A stretch of DNA of 64,000 nucleotides from Antedon mediterranea. Lineage: Eukaryota; Animalia; Echinodermata. The notes beneath the pieces are model-generated. The model searched no databases and had not been told where the DNA came from. It saw nothing but the letters and a program-made list of their open reading frames with translations. The translations under genes were made by a program, and so were the position numbers. Position 1 is the first letter of the stretch, and every line of letters starts with the position of its first letter. Location: positions 32,432,437 to 32,496,436 of the forward strand of contig NC_092672.1 in NCBI RefSeq assembly GCF_964355755.1. Direction: 5' to 3'. Shown piece after piece: positions 27,501-40,435 of the stretch.

Positions 27501-29939
27501 ATAAATTAAGTCTGCAGAGAGGGAAAACCAAAACATAGCATTCTTTCACACCAATCAAGAATTTCCTGAAGGAAAAGGAAACTTCCTACAGGAAAACTTG
27601 AAAGCTATAGTATGTACCGCGTGTGATCACCTTCCCACGATTTCATTCATTAAGTTGTATAGAACTTGAATGTAAACACTGAAGTAAAATAACAAAATGG
27701 CAAATGAACAGACTTCCATTCATGCTGAGCAGCCATAGTTGAATTGCCAGTTCCTATGTATACTGTCCGAAGACGAATGCTCAATATATATCAAGCAACT
27801 TGCTTCAAGGTGTAAAGATGTTCAATTTTCTTGCATTTGATAGCTGTATCTGAGAACACTATGACCCAAAAATATACTATGCTGATGAGGGGGAGGGGGT
27901 GGGGAGAAGGAGGTTGTATTGGGTTGGACCCCGCTTCTTCTTTTTTCCAAGTGTTCTTTTAAAACTAGAGACCATTGGTATGCATACCTTTAGGCTTAAC
28001 TAGCAGTAGACAATTCTTGCCCTTTTTTTATGGAAAATTCTGCAATCGGCATGTATGTTGCTAGTAAGTACAATATGATCTTCAGATCTATGTAGCTGGT
28101 ATATTGTTAACATTGTTGATTGAAACAATTAAGTGACCCAAGGTTATTGTTTACATCATCAATAAGTTGTTGAACCCAATCGCTGGACAATCAACAGAAG
28201 CAGGAGTCTCGTTGAGGATGTAATCCGAAAACACATCCTTCCCATAATGCTCCTCTGAGATCAAACTCAAGAATGGAACTTCAATGTCGCAATCAACCTT
28301 AAATCCACAGCGGAGGCGCCGTGAATCGTTCTTAGAAAAGACCAATTGTCCCGATTGCTTAAAATCGTTGTTGGCGCGGGAAAGTGTTCGACCATACTTG
28401 ACCTTCTGTATGTTTCTCTTCGTGCATCAGGGGAAATCCCTCTGGGCCACATGATCTGTCGGACTTCCTTATACAGTGACATTTTGGTGACAATTTGTCT
28501 ACGTGGTTACAATTGTACTTTTAATGAGAAGGTAGCGGTTAAATTGTAAGATGTGGTGTCACCTTTTATTGCCTGAAATTGTGAAATAACTTCACACTTA
28601 TATTTATTATACAATGCATTTTTTAAGGGGATCATGTCAAAATTATTCTGAGGCAGTTACTGCAGTAGCTACATTTGTTTACTGCAGTAATGTATGATTA
28701 GTTTTTGTTGCCACATACAGTATGATATACATAATAGTAGTTGTTTGTGGTCATAGACTTAGAGAATATGTCCATTATTTTGACAAGTATAAATTTGCCA
28801 TTTTAACTACCTGTATTAGAATTTTTATTTCCCTATATAATGTAGTGCGTCAGTAATTGAAATCAGCATCTCATAAAATCATAAACAAAAAATATGACAA
28901 GAAAAGACAGATTATACTATTTTCATAACTTCACCAAAGCAAGAGACTTAAAGATAAATATTAAAAATAAATGTATATGTGTGTAAACGCCACTATTTAT
29001 GTAGTTTGCATAAGTAACAGCTAGTTAAAGAGTTGTACAATTAATATTAATTATGCGGTTTTGTAATTGCGTAAAACGCGGAATATCACAAGAGGACATC
29101 TATCTACCTGATTATCATTTTGATACAAGGAAATTGAAATTTTAAATAGAAAGTGAAATCGAAATGAAAATTGTTCCCTATTAGCATAATCTAAGTTATG
29201 ATCTACAAGCAACCAGCAAAGTTATAATACTTAAGTAAGACACTGTTACTAGATGTACATATAAGGGCATTCAAAATATATGCTTTAATTATAATAAATG
29301 ATTACATATATATTTAATCTTGAATAATCCTTAAGTAATTGATTTAATCCATTCTTGCGTATGTTTTTAAATCTCCTGCTAAATGTGTACTTCTAGAAAA
29401 AAAAAAGGTTTATTCTTTAGGGTTCAGAATGGGTGCAACTAATTACTTAGTGTCTGCATATTTAACATCAAGGAAACATTTTGTAATACAAAAAAATGAA
29501 CAGATAAATTTAATTTTAAACAGCGTTACAGCAACACAACATAAAGTAAACAAAGTATAACATAGAACATAAGAAATATACATACATGTACTAAAGTTGT
29601 TTTGTTTAAAATGTTATATCCAGCACTCCAAAAAATTGTATACTGTTTCATGAAAAATTTTTCAAATTTTTTAAGGGTAATATGTAGTGCCATATTTCTG
29701 TACTTACAGTACTAACATTTTAAAGCTTAAAACTTGGAAAGGATCAAATGTAGCTTGCCTAAATGGAGGTTGGCCTTCAAGGGCATATATTTTTATAGTG
29801 CTATTTTGCTATTTATTTTTCCTCAAAATGGCAAAAATCAACATGATCTATAGTCAAGGGAAAAATGGCAAAATATTTCCTACTTTCTAGGATTTTTATC
29901 AGATAGTCTATATTGTTTTGACTACTCTTGTAACATGAC

Positions 29940-31993
29940 GGGTAGTAACAAAGTGCGAGGCAGCGAGGCACGCGAGGCAGGGAAGGCATGCGAGGCAAGT
30001 CAGAAATTTATGCGAGGCATCGTTTTACCATCATCAAAAAATGCGAGGCATCATTTTATCATTTCTCAAAATTGCAAGGCAGGAAATCACCGAAATTGAA
30101 GTAGCCTAGGCCTAGGCCCGCTAGGCTAGTTTCCTTTTGCACCAGCCTTGTATTTTAACCAACTTTATCCTGAATACCACAGCTTAGAATTAGTAGGCCT
30201 ACTTTAATGAAGAAAAATCACATAAAAGTAACAATAAATCCATTAAATTGGTGATTTTACAGACGTTGTTTTTCTCGCATTTCGCACACTCAATGTTCAA
30301 TATTTTGGTTTCTATGGAACGCCAAAAGAGCAAAATTAATTAGAGGGCTAAAAACTCTGTGGAATCCATTTATATTTAATGCATTATTTGGTGAAAATCA
30401 AGTACAATTTCAATAGATTTTGTCACTGTCAGTAAGGAAAAATGTTACTGTTCACCGGTGTACTGTTGATAATGTACACGGTTTCGGTAACCTTTTAAAG
30501 AATAAAATAGAAAAATTCATCATAATATCCTTAGTAGGATGTCCTAGGTCTAGACTAGGTAGTGATGTTGATTTAGGATCGATTATTATTCTTTGAAAAC
30601 AGAACAGTATCAGCAGTAACATATTACAGAATTTTTATTGACAAATTAACAAATATATTGAAATAAAACGTGTTTTTCACCAATAAATGCATGAGAAATT
30701 GACGCATTCCACTGAGTTTTAGTCCTCTATTATCGTTGCTCTTTTGGCGCTCCATAGAAACAAAAATATTGAACATTGAATAAGTGAAATTCGCGAACAG
30801 TGTGCGAGAAACACGCCTGTAAAATCATTAATTTAAGGATTTATTTGTTACTTTTTATGTGATTCTTTCATTAAAGTACTCATGAGGTATACTTCTAAGG
30901 TGTGGTATTCACACGATAAAGTTAGTTATCAAATTTGGAGTAAAAATACAAGCGAAGGAAACTAGCGCCAGGTTTATTAGTACATACATGGACAACAATA
31001 AATAAAAATCGTTCGTAATATACCTAGCTTACTAAAACAGGAATAGTGTATCATTATTAAATATTACACCAATTATTATTATATCAAAATTGATTAAATT
31101 ATTTTCTACATAGGCCTCTTATCTAGGTTAGGGCTAAGCATATTAGCTAAAGTTTAATTTTAGGCCTAGTATTACAATTGTCGGACGTAAGTCTTTTTTC
31201 ACACGCGCTCCAGAATTCTGTCGCAATTTTTTTCTTTGCGGCATGTTATTGGATCGCCATATCAGTTACCTTTTATTCACCGCCAGTTATTGAACTTGTC
31301 CTGGCAATCGCTGTTCACCTTATTTGCGAGAGAGGTACACGTGTTGTTCCTAGAGAATGGAATGTCAAAAATGTCTTTGGCACGCCGCTCAGAGAGAAGT
31401 CTGTGCGTTGCTGCTGAAACCACGTGCTATAGGAGGGGAATGCACCACAATCCTCTGAGCTGAGGGCTGAATCATTCCGCTACCTGCTAAATAGTACAGA
31501 GGGATTTTCCATCTCTCGGGTCTACCGGATCTAGGCGCAGGGGTGTGACAAAATATTATTTTCACTCTGCTATGTTCGAGAGACATGTGAGTGAACACGC
31601 TCGAAATGCCAACAAACATTGCAGTCATTTGATGAGTGTGTTGCTATAACAATTATTGTTTATCGAAAGTTGAAGACTGTCGTTCAGATTTTTGAACCGT
31701 AGTTTGGGCACTTTTGTAAAAGTAAAATTTGACACGATATGACTTGAATGAAAAAACAATCGTTACATAAAAATAAACAACATGATGAGTGTATACACGA
31801 ATCTATTTAGATACGCTTGTATCGATTGATTATTAGGCCTATAATATAGCATAATAGCACGTTAAGATATGCCTCGCACCTTTTTGAAATTGTAAACTAT
31901 ATGCCTCGCACTTTTGGAAATGATAAAATGATGCCTCGCACAAATATTTGGCATGCCGCGCTTGCCTCGCTGCCTCGCACTTTGTCAACACTC
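29940..31993. mobile_element. Mutator (MULE)-like non-autonomous element, 2054 bp
   Basis: 9-bp TSD TAACATGAC at 29931-29939 and 31994-32002; G-started TIRs built from TGCGAGGCA repeats. Confidence 0.85.
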
Positions 31994-34314
31994 TAACATG
32001 ACCACAGTGCTGATTTTACCATTTTTCCTCTAACTATACTAGGTATTAGAATTTTCATTGTTGATAAAAGTGATTTTTGCAAGTGTTACAAAAAGACAAA
32101 TTTCATACTGTACTATTTTGGTTTGCATGACAATAAAAGATCTGTATTTGTATCTGGTAGGTTTAAAATCACTTCTGCTCGTCTAACAAGGCCATTTCAG
32201 CAAAAAATAGGGGTTCATTCAGCACCTCTGGCTACAGGTGAGCTCAATTGAAAACTCACTTGTTTCGTTCTGTGCGAATTTATTTTTGTTCTCATATATA
32301 CATTTTATTCACTTTATTGTTTGTTAGGCAGGATAGTCAGATGCTCACATCACTATGACACTTGTGAATAAATAGTTAGCTTGTCTTGACAAGTTAGTGA
32401 AAAAGTGTGGTGATGTGAGATTCCGTTTTCGGATTTTTCTGTTGTCTTTGTTAATTTATTCGGTTTTTAGGCTATTTCGTGGTTTATTTTACCACTTTTT
32501 TCACACTTGTGCTAAACAGCGCATAGAGACTATTTGTATTTTGCGCTATATAAATTTAAAACCATAAACCATAGTGAACATTATACATTATTAAATTACA
32601 TTATGCACAGTACAGTATGTTTAAAAGATTTAATTCGTGAAATATTTACCATACACGACATTAATTGACCCATAACCTTTGAAGTGATAAAAGTACTTTA
32701 AAGGTTAAAATGTTAATACGGTAATACCACATTTAATTTTTTAGTCAGCTTCGTAACTAGGTCATGGCGGTATAGAGCTTCATTGAAGCTACATAGCATT
32801 TCATTATATCAAAATGAAAAGTGTGTCGTAAGAATAGTAAGTTTGTGAAACAATTTTTGAGATTATGGCGATTGACAGCAATAATAGTACTGTAATAGCG
32901 TATTAATCATGGCTTAATTACTACAGTTTATTAGTGTTTGGGCTAAGTATGCCTTTCCACACATGATGGATATGGGACGCCACCTGAATCGAAAAGGGTG
33001 CCTTTGTTTAAAATGATTTCAGGATCAAAAGACGAAACAAAAGGTGAACACAGCTACGATTGTGATCTCACAGTCACCATTGTACGGTTTCTAGGACGTT
33101 TGACTACGTATCCTAAATCCACAAATATTTGAAAGATAGGTCCAGTTTAGTGGGTGAAACCTAAGAGGGCGCTATTTCATTTTTATGCTCTACACAGATT
33201 AATAATGCATTGGTCAGTTTTTGTTACATAAAGTTTGATATTGTACTGTAGACACAGAGCTTTTTTTACGACCTACTAAAAATAGCAATAATATTATCAT
33301 AGACGTTGGCTGTTGTCTGCAGTCACAAGTTTTCTGAGGTCAACCGGTTTTTAATTAACGCATATATTTATATAATCCACATTATATACAAAGCTGAAAC
33401 AAAATACAGGTAGAAGCTAGAAATACACATTTAGGATTAAAGTTGACGGAATCGGAAGTAGACACAACCTGGCCATGTCAACGAATTAAAGTGAAGATAG
33501 AACGCAGGCATCCTGTTGTAAAACCTAAGGCATTTGGTACTGATTAATGCCGTTCAAAAGGGGAAAACGCTACTGTGTGGATTAAAATGGATGAGACAAT
33601 GTCATACATGGAAAAAAAGAAAAACTCCTTTCCTGTCCTTAATACATAATTATTATCCGATATTTTAATATGTTTAACATCTTAAAACTGGGTTAGTAAC
33701 CTTTAGCATGTATTGGTGCCAAGAAAAATAAAAGGTTACAAAATCGTTTTCAGATTTATAGTTGATACATTAAATTCCTCCCTTTTTTTGAAAGAAAATT
33801 AATGTGATATATTACAAACATAGTACTTCAAGCATAAGTTTTGTATTACCATGAGAAATACTGAAACATTAATGTTGGTATTCCTGTGAACACCTGTTGG
33901 TTGGCAATATGCTCACTGCAATTAACCAGCATTACCTGTAGTTAATGTATTATAAGGATTGTCATACTTAAAATATGGATATAGATAATCAACATATGAT
34001 ATATTTCTAGTCCTTTGAAGGTAGACAGTATGCTTACTCAACCGTGAAATTCCAAAACCTTTTAGGAACAAATTCATTTAACAGTGCACTATAGTATGGT
34101 CTATGGAAATGAGGTAAATCTGCTCAATCAAGTTATTACATACATAACATAGAAATTAAGCAGAAAAGGATCTATTGCTATTCCCCATAGAATCACTGTC
34201 CAAATTCAAAGCCTTTGCTGAATAAATGGTCAAAAGTGCACTATAGTATAGTTATTCACATTTAACAAAGAAACATTATTTTCAATTGAGTCAATTACAT
34301 AGATAACGTACTAT

Positions 34315-34660
34315 ACGTACGGCCATACTGCGTTGAAACACCGGTTCTCGTCAGATCACCGAAGTTAAGCAACGTTGGGCCCGGTTGCGTTCTGGATGGG
34401 AGACCGTCTAGAAATCGTGGCGGGTGCTGTATATACTGGAGAGTGATGGTGTAATGGTAATATCGGACTAGCATGTGATAGGCATGGGTTCGAGGTTATC
34501 TGCACCATACTAATTGCATCCTTAGGCAAGATGCTTTACTCTCATTGCCTAATCTGGTAGGCTCTGCACTGCTGGCTGCCGTGGGTCCGTGGAGGGCCTA
34601 ATCCGAATTTCCTCACTGAGGACAAATATTAATACAAAATACAAAATACAAACAAAACAG
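34315..34660 (+). mobile_element. Chimeric SINE: 5S rRNA head + tRNA-like unit + CORE-like body + A/C-rich tail
   Basis: 34315-34434 aligns along a full 5S rRNA (TACGGCCATAC..GATCACCGAAGTTAAGC..GGATGGGAGACC..GGGTGCTGTA). 34438-34506 has A box TGGTGTAATGG, B box GGTTCGAGG and ends in CCA. Then CORE-like ATCCTTAGGCAAGATGCTTTACTCTCATTGCCT and an (ATACAAA)n tail. Confidence 0.75.
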
Positions 34661-35825
34661 GAGAGAACATATTTCTAATTCCTCAACGGATGTTTGTAAA
34701 GTGTCTTTCAATCCATCATTCTGTTTGGAAAAAAGTTTGTTGACAACCGTATCAATACAGTATAATTACGCATCTGAAAATAACACAATAGAAAAACTGT
34801 TCCTGCGAGCGGAAAGTGCATTTCACTTTAAAAGTTCAAGAAGTCTAAAATGTACACTTGAGAAATTAATACACTATTATCACTAGTACACCTGGCGTCA
34901 ATCTGAAACTTTGATATGCCTCTTATGAAAGTTCCTTTCAGTCTTCAGACTAAAATTATGGATTTTTTTCTAATTCAATATGTTATTCAAGGATGAACGG
35001 CAGTATTATTAATTTCACTTTGATTTGTTCAATGATAATCTTACCTTTGTTCCTTCAATTCATGTATATTTCATTCCATAATAAAGAAAATCATTTATCA
35101 GTAAACGCTATGCAAGGCAGTGTTTATTATAATTAGACTAATTTGTATTATAATACATAATATTAATAACTTTTTTCTTTGAATTATGGACATTTCATTA
35201 TTAAATAAAGTTCTCTAGGACTAATTGTGGTCTAAACAATATCTAATAATAGTAAGCTGCTAACTTAAGTGAAACGTGATCAAGTTTAGCTCTTACTTAA
35301 TTCTTATGACATAAATGATTTGTTTTGTTAAATAATCTCATAAATTTTATCTGAAATAAACATACTAATCTATAAATAGTTTGTTCTAAATTTATAAACC
35401 AGAAAAAAAAAACCGATGTAAAAAGCAAGTGAAAAGAAAGAAATGAAATCTTTAAAGCGATTATTGATAGTGTAGATCTTAGGTCGCTCTCTACAAATTA
35501 CAATGCAAAAGATTTAGTTCAGCAATTTAGGCATAACATCTCCACCACCTCCATCCACATTTCAAAATCCTTGATCTTAAAATTCACATGTTTTAGGTCA
35601 TATCACCTCTCCCACCTCCCTCACTATTTTCAAATCACCTCTCCCACCTCCCTCACTATTTTCAAAATCTCAATTTCACTTGTGGATAAGAATGTACTAA
35701 ACAAAATATAGTTTAGTTTAGAACTTTATTTGGCACGTTTTAGGTTACGACACCAACTCCCTCCCAATTTCAAAATCCTTCATCCACCCCTCTTAAGATT
35801 TCAATTTGTAGATAGCAATACACTT

Positions 35826-35980
35826 AACACTGATGAACAAGGGCTAGTGTTGCCCGAAAGCTCTGCAAATTTTTTTGGCTGTTTTAATTTATCGTTTTGA
35901 TGTAAATTTTTGCTTATTTTATTTGTATTTCCATTGAGATCCAGCCACTGATACCAGTTTCAGTAATTTGCCTTTGGATT
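35826..35980 (+). mobile_element. Possible Penelope-like element remnant with a minimal hammerhead-like motif
   Basis: CTGATGA..GGGC-TAGTGTT-GCCC-GAAA-GC-TC followed by a T-rich segment. Confidence 0.4.
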
Positions 35981-36459
35981 AATATAATAAACATAAGATA
36001 TTCAACCTTTATAAAAACGCACAAAATGCTAATTTTACAGTCAGAGAGCGATAACGTCACTTTCTTTCATTTATTTAAGTTCAATTAGAGTGCTACACAT
36101 CAATCTCTCAAATGTGATTTCGCACGATGTTTGCCCGTGGGTAAAGACAAGTAAACGATGGATGGCGGATGAAGCCCGCATGATTTTATCATCAAAGGAT
36201 GCCAGCCGCCGATGTGAACTAAATACAAATTAAGAAAGAAAATATACTTTTTCTTTTACAAGGAAGATAAAATATATACATTATTAATACAATGCTAATT
36301 ATTCAACAGTGAAAAATTCACATTTCATCTTTTAAGACGAAACAAATTGAAAATATTAACCAAACACAACAGTATACCATAGTACTACAGTATTTTCATG
36401 CTAAAAATGTCTGTCAAAGAGTCTGACTTGACATTTTTAGATTCAAACTATTCCCTTAA

Positions 36460-37085
36460 AGCCCCATTCCCTACGTTTTTTAGATATAATTTAAGATCAC
36501 AAACTATATTTAATGTAAAAATAATACTATATGGTCCTATTGCGATAACTTTTTTCGTCTTTAAACGGTTAAAAATGTGAAAAATAAGTCGATTCTAATA
36601 ATTATAGCGGCCCGCTATAAATCCCAAAATGCATTGCGCGCGGATTGATATTTTTGTTTTTCACCTGTAATTCGCCCACTTTTCGATCGATCGTGAGGCC
36701 AAAACAAATGAAAGACTCCTAACTTTTCAGCGAAAATACCGGGTTTTCCCCAATTTGTATCAACGGAGTCTGGCAAAAATAGAAAGACAATTAATGCAGC
36801 AACTATACAACGTCAGGCTAGGTATATAGCTCGCGTACGATGTTCGTACGTTACCGATGTTTACCAGCTAGGCCTACAAAACTAAGCCTAGCTAGGCTAG
36901 GCCTAAGACCGTCCACGAGAGGTCGATCGCCGCGAGCTACTTAGGTAGTGCATTGTTTCTCACTTTTTATCATAATTTACCATAAAACGTACATTTAAGA
37001 CAAGAAATGACATGGTTTAATGTTTTTAAAGTGATATATATGTATTATTTTCCAAAAAACGTCCAAAATTGCAGGGAAGGGGTCT
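36460..37085 (+). mobile_element. Kolobok-like MITE, copy 1
   Basis: TTAA on both sides; TIRs AGCCCCATTCCCTAC / GCAGGGAAGGGGTCT. Confidence 0.85.
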
Positions 37086-38049
37086 TTAACATTTCTAGAG
37101 ACCTCAGGTATGTTAATAGTCTTGGGTAAAACACATTATGTGGTCTACTAAAAAACCATGACTGACCCTAGCTGTAAACCTGTCAATGTGCCAAGATCCA
37201 CTGAACAAAAATATGCAGTACAAAAACAAATTTAGGCCCACAGCCAACTACACATCATGCAATCAGTCCCCAGTTAGTCCCAGGGGAAAAACGACTCCCA
37301 TCCCTGTGTGTTACCCGGTAAAATGCGGTACGCTTGACCTTGGCGAGGTTTTGAACCTTAACTAGTATTCCTTCCTGTGTATGTCGTATCCGACTAGCAG
37401 AGATTGAACATTTGTAATGTTAAACTGTCGTGATGGATATTTAATGTCTCTGATTTATGACATCACAAGCAGTTAGCGCCGTTTTTGGAGACGTTTCAAT
37501 TTATATTTGAGCTAAGAGATTGTAATTTGGCTTAAAAATAACATTTACAGTGAGATAAGCAAATGCTTTGAATTGCTGGGATTAAAAACAATTGTATACA
37601 AATACTTGGAAATATATTAATTAGCATAAAGGCATTTAGAGTTGTTTTGACTGCTCAGCTCCCTGACGTAACATTCTGGCATGTTTGTACGATTTAAAAA
37701 ACGTTATTTTGTAAAATTTATTTTAGCTGTGAATCTCCAGTAATAGTGTCAACTAAAAATGAATTTAACCCTGTAGCGAGAAGGCGCTTGAACGAACCCC
37801 ACTTTTGCTTAAGGTACCCTTTCCAACTAGAGAAAAGCAACAATAGTAATGGGCCTAACCATGAAGTGATAACTCTAAGCTAATGTAGTTGTAAAAGAAG
37901 AACTATAGCTTGCGATGTTTTTCCCCTTTTGTGAAAAAAAAAATAACCCCCTATAAAAATACTAGTTTGGGATTGAATTTCATATTTTCTGTAGTATTAT
38001 ATTTCACACAGTGCATTTGTAGTCTGATTGTGGATAATAAACATATTAA

Positions 38050-38196
38050 AGCTCTGTCTACACTATCAAACTAGTTTGACAAAAAAGTGTGATTCTCCCA
38101 AATAGTGATATATCCAAATATGGTACTAATATGATATCATCTTGTCCATATATGGGCACATCACAATTTTTTTGTCACATAAAGTTTGATATTGTA
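38050..38196. mobile_element. MITE family A copy (right end eroded)
   Basis: Left TIR intact. Confidence 0.8.
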
Positions 38197-38830
38197 AAGT
38201 ATGGAGAAAGTACAATGCATAAACTTTCTCTGAAACGCAATTTACACGAATTAATGATTACACAACATTATGAGGGAAATCTCGAGAGAGCGAAGTATGT
38301 ACTCTATTACTTCAAAAACATTGTTCCAAGGACAATATGCGGTGCTTAGGGACTAATAAATTATTATTTTAAATGTTTTTTATATTAGTATGTTATGCAT
38401 TTAAGGTCATTATACCCTTAAATGATTTTTTAAAACAAATAGGAGATTGTTTTCAGACATCACAAGTTCAGCAAATATCCCGTCGCAATTGGATTGTTGT
38501 AAAGTTGTTGAACATGTTTTCTGAAATGGCATTATTATCACCATCAATGGGAGGCTATTGTACCTCAGTAAAACATTTTTTTTTTAGCAAACAGATGAGT
38601 GGCCTAGGTAATCCCACTTTAGCCAGGATTAAAGAGGATAAACTATTAATCCCAAATTATCACATTCCTACCAAGGTTGAACTATTTTTGGGGTGAATAA
38701 CCTGATTAAGAACATTAATTTGGCAATCTGCCATTATTTACTAACTTTTTATTTGGCAAGCTGCCAAATTTCTACAGACAGTTTTCAGACTTACAAATGG
38801 TTGATTACAAATAAATAGGCCTATAAAAAG

Positions 38831-39910
38831 GGGTGTCACGAAAGCTCAGACCACGAAAGCTCAGACCCCCTAAGACCTAAGATCACGAAAGCTAAGACCC
38901 AACACCTAAGATTACAAATATTTATCTTTCGCACCTGCCTTGTAATGTATTTTAACTCCCAACATTTATTCTGAATACCACACCTTAGAATTGGCACTTT
39001 CATGAAAAAGAATCACATAAAAAGTAACAAATACATTTTTAAATTGATGATTTTACAGACGTTTTTCTCCCACACAAAATGACTAGCCTACTACAGTTGT
39101 AGGCCTACCCCATGTTCAATGTTTTTGTTTCTATGGAACGTCAAAAGAGCAAAAAATATATAGAGGGCTGAAAACTCTGTGGAGTCCATCTACAGTGTGG
39201 ATGGAACAATGTAAAATTAAAATTGTAATGATAATAGTATAATCATGCAAGTACGAAGAAATAAATACTGGCAAATAAATTTTAATTTAAAAAAAGTTTT
39301 TTTGTTTCGTTTTCTTTCTGTTTTTATACTTGTACTATTATTGTTGCTCTTTTGGCGCTCCATAGAAACAAAAACATTGAGCATGAGGGAGCTCGAGGAG
39401 TTACATTGTCATTACAGTATACAAAGAAACACATCTGTAAAATCATCAATTTAAAGGATTTATTTATTTGTTATTATGTGTTTCTCCTTCTGAAAGTACT
39501 TATAAGTCCTAATTTTAAAGTGTGGTGTTCAGGATAAAGTTAGTCAACAAATTTGGAGTCAAAATACAAGAAAGGCAGGTGCGTAAGAAAAACATCCTCT
39601 GAAGCAACACAATGGAGTAAATATATACCAACAAACAACCCGTCAAGTTTGTTTGTTGTAAAGAAAAAATATACATTTACTCAACGGGCGAAAATAATGT
39701 GAGTTTATCTATGTTTTGCGGTAGTATTAAATTATATTTATGGTAATAAATGAAACCTACTGTGTTTAAAATTATGTATGGATAAACAAGTATTGTTTTT
39801 AAGCTGTAGTATATCTTAGTATTTGTAATCTTAGGTGTTGGGTCTTAGCTTTCGTGATCTTAGGTCTTAGGGGGTCTGAGCTTTCGTGGTCTGAGCTTTC
39901 GTGACACCCC
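38831..39910. mobile_element. Mutator-like non-autonomous element with about 90-bp near-perfect TIRs
   Basis: TIR GGGTGTCACGAAAGCTCAGACC...; flanking direct repeat (C)TATAAAAA(G), TSD length ambiguous at 8-10 bp. Confidence 0.85.
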
Positions 39911-40137
39911 TATAAAAAGATGGTGCTAAACAAGGATTTGATTAAGAAATCAGTTTAAAGATACAACCACATCCTTGGTAGTCAGTCTCATGAATCACTA
40001 ATAAATCAGAAAAAGTGGTAAAATTACGGTCATAAAACAGAATATTTAAATTTAGAGGTAAGGAATAAATGAGTATTGTTGTAAAGGTTTTTTTGAATGT
40101 CAGACCAATGTCAATAAAGCTATTGAGTCATTTTATA

Positions 40138-40435
40138 GTTCATTCATTCATTCATTCATCAGTGGAAAATTACTTATGTTTGCTGAGATACAAAAACAGA
40201 AAAATTGAAGAATTAACAGAAACAATTACAAAGTTTCACATCACTCTCATACGGTATACTGACAAGCATTCAGTGCCCGAATGGCAACTGGATAAAAGCT
40301 GTTACGAAACCTATTTGTAAGAGAGATGTAAGTAAAGTATCTTGACTAAGGATACGAGCAGTGCGGCGAAAGTTGGATTCGAACCACGACCTCACAATTG
40401 GTAATCCAGCGTCCAACACACTGCGCCACACGCCC
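40138..40435 (-). mobile_element. tRNA-derived CORE-like SINE with LINE-derived 3' end and (TGAA)n tail
   Basis: Minus strand: A box TGGCGCAGTG, B box GGTTCGAATCC, CORE-like GTATCCTTAGTCAAGATACTTTAC, then sequence encoding TNRFRNSFYPVAIRALN (L2/CR1/Rex1-type ORF2 C-terminus) and ATGA repeats. Confidence 0.7.

Noticed and set aside
34315-34434. Functional 5S rRNA gene
   Set aside because: Single diverged copy with altered internal control region, no oligo-T terminator, and fused to a SINE body.
34690-34790. Additional ARHGEF10 exon at a minus-strand ttattttcag acceptor
   Set aside because: Immediate stop in the required phase and no family similarity.
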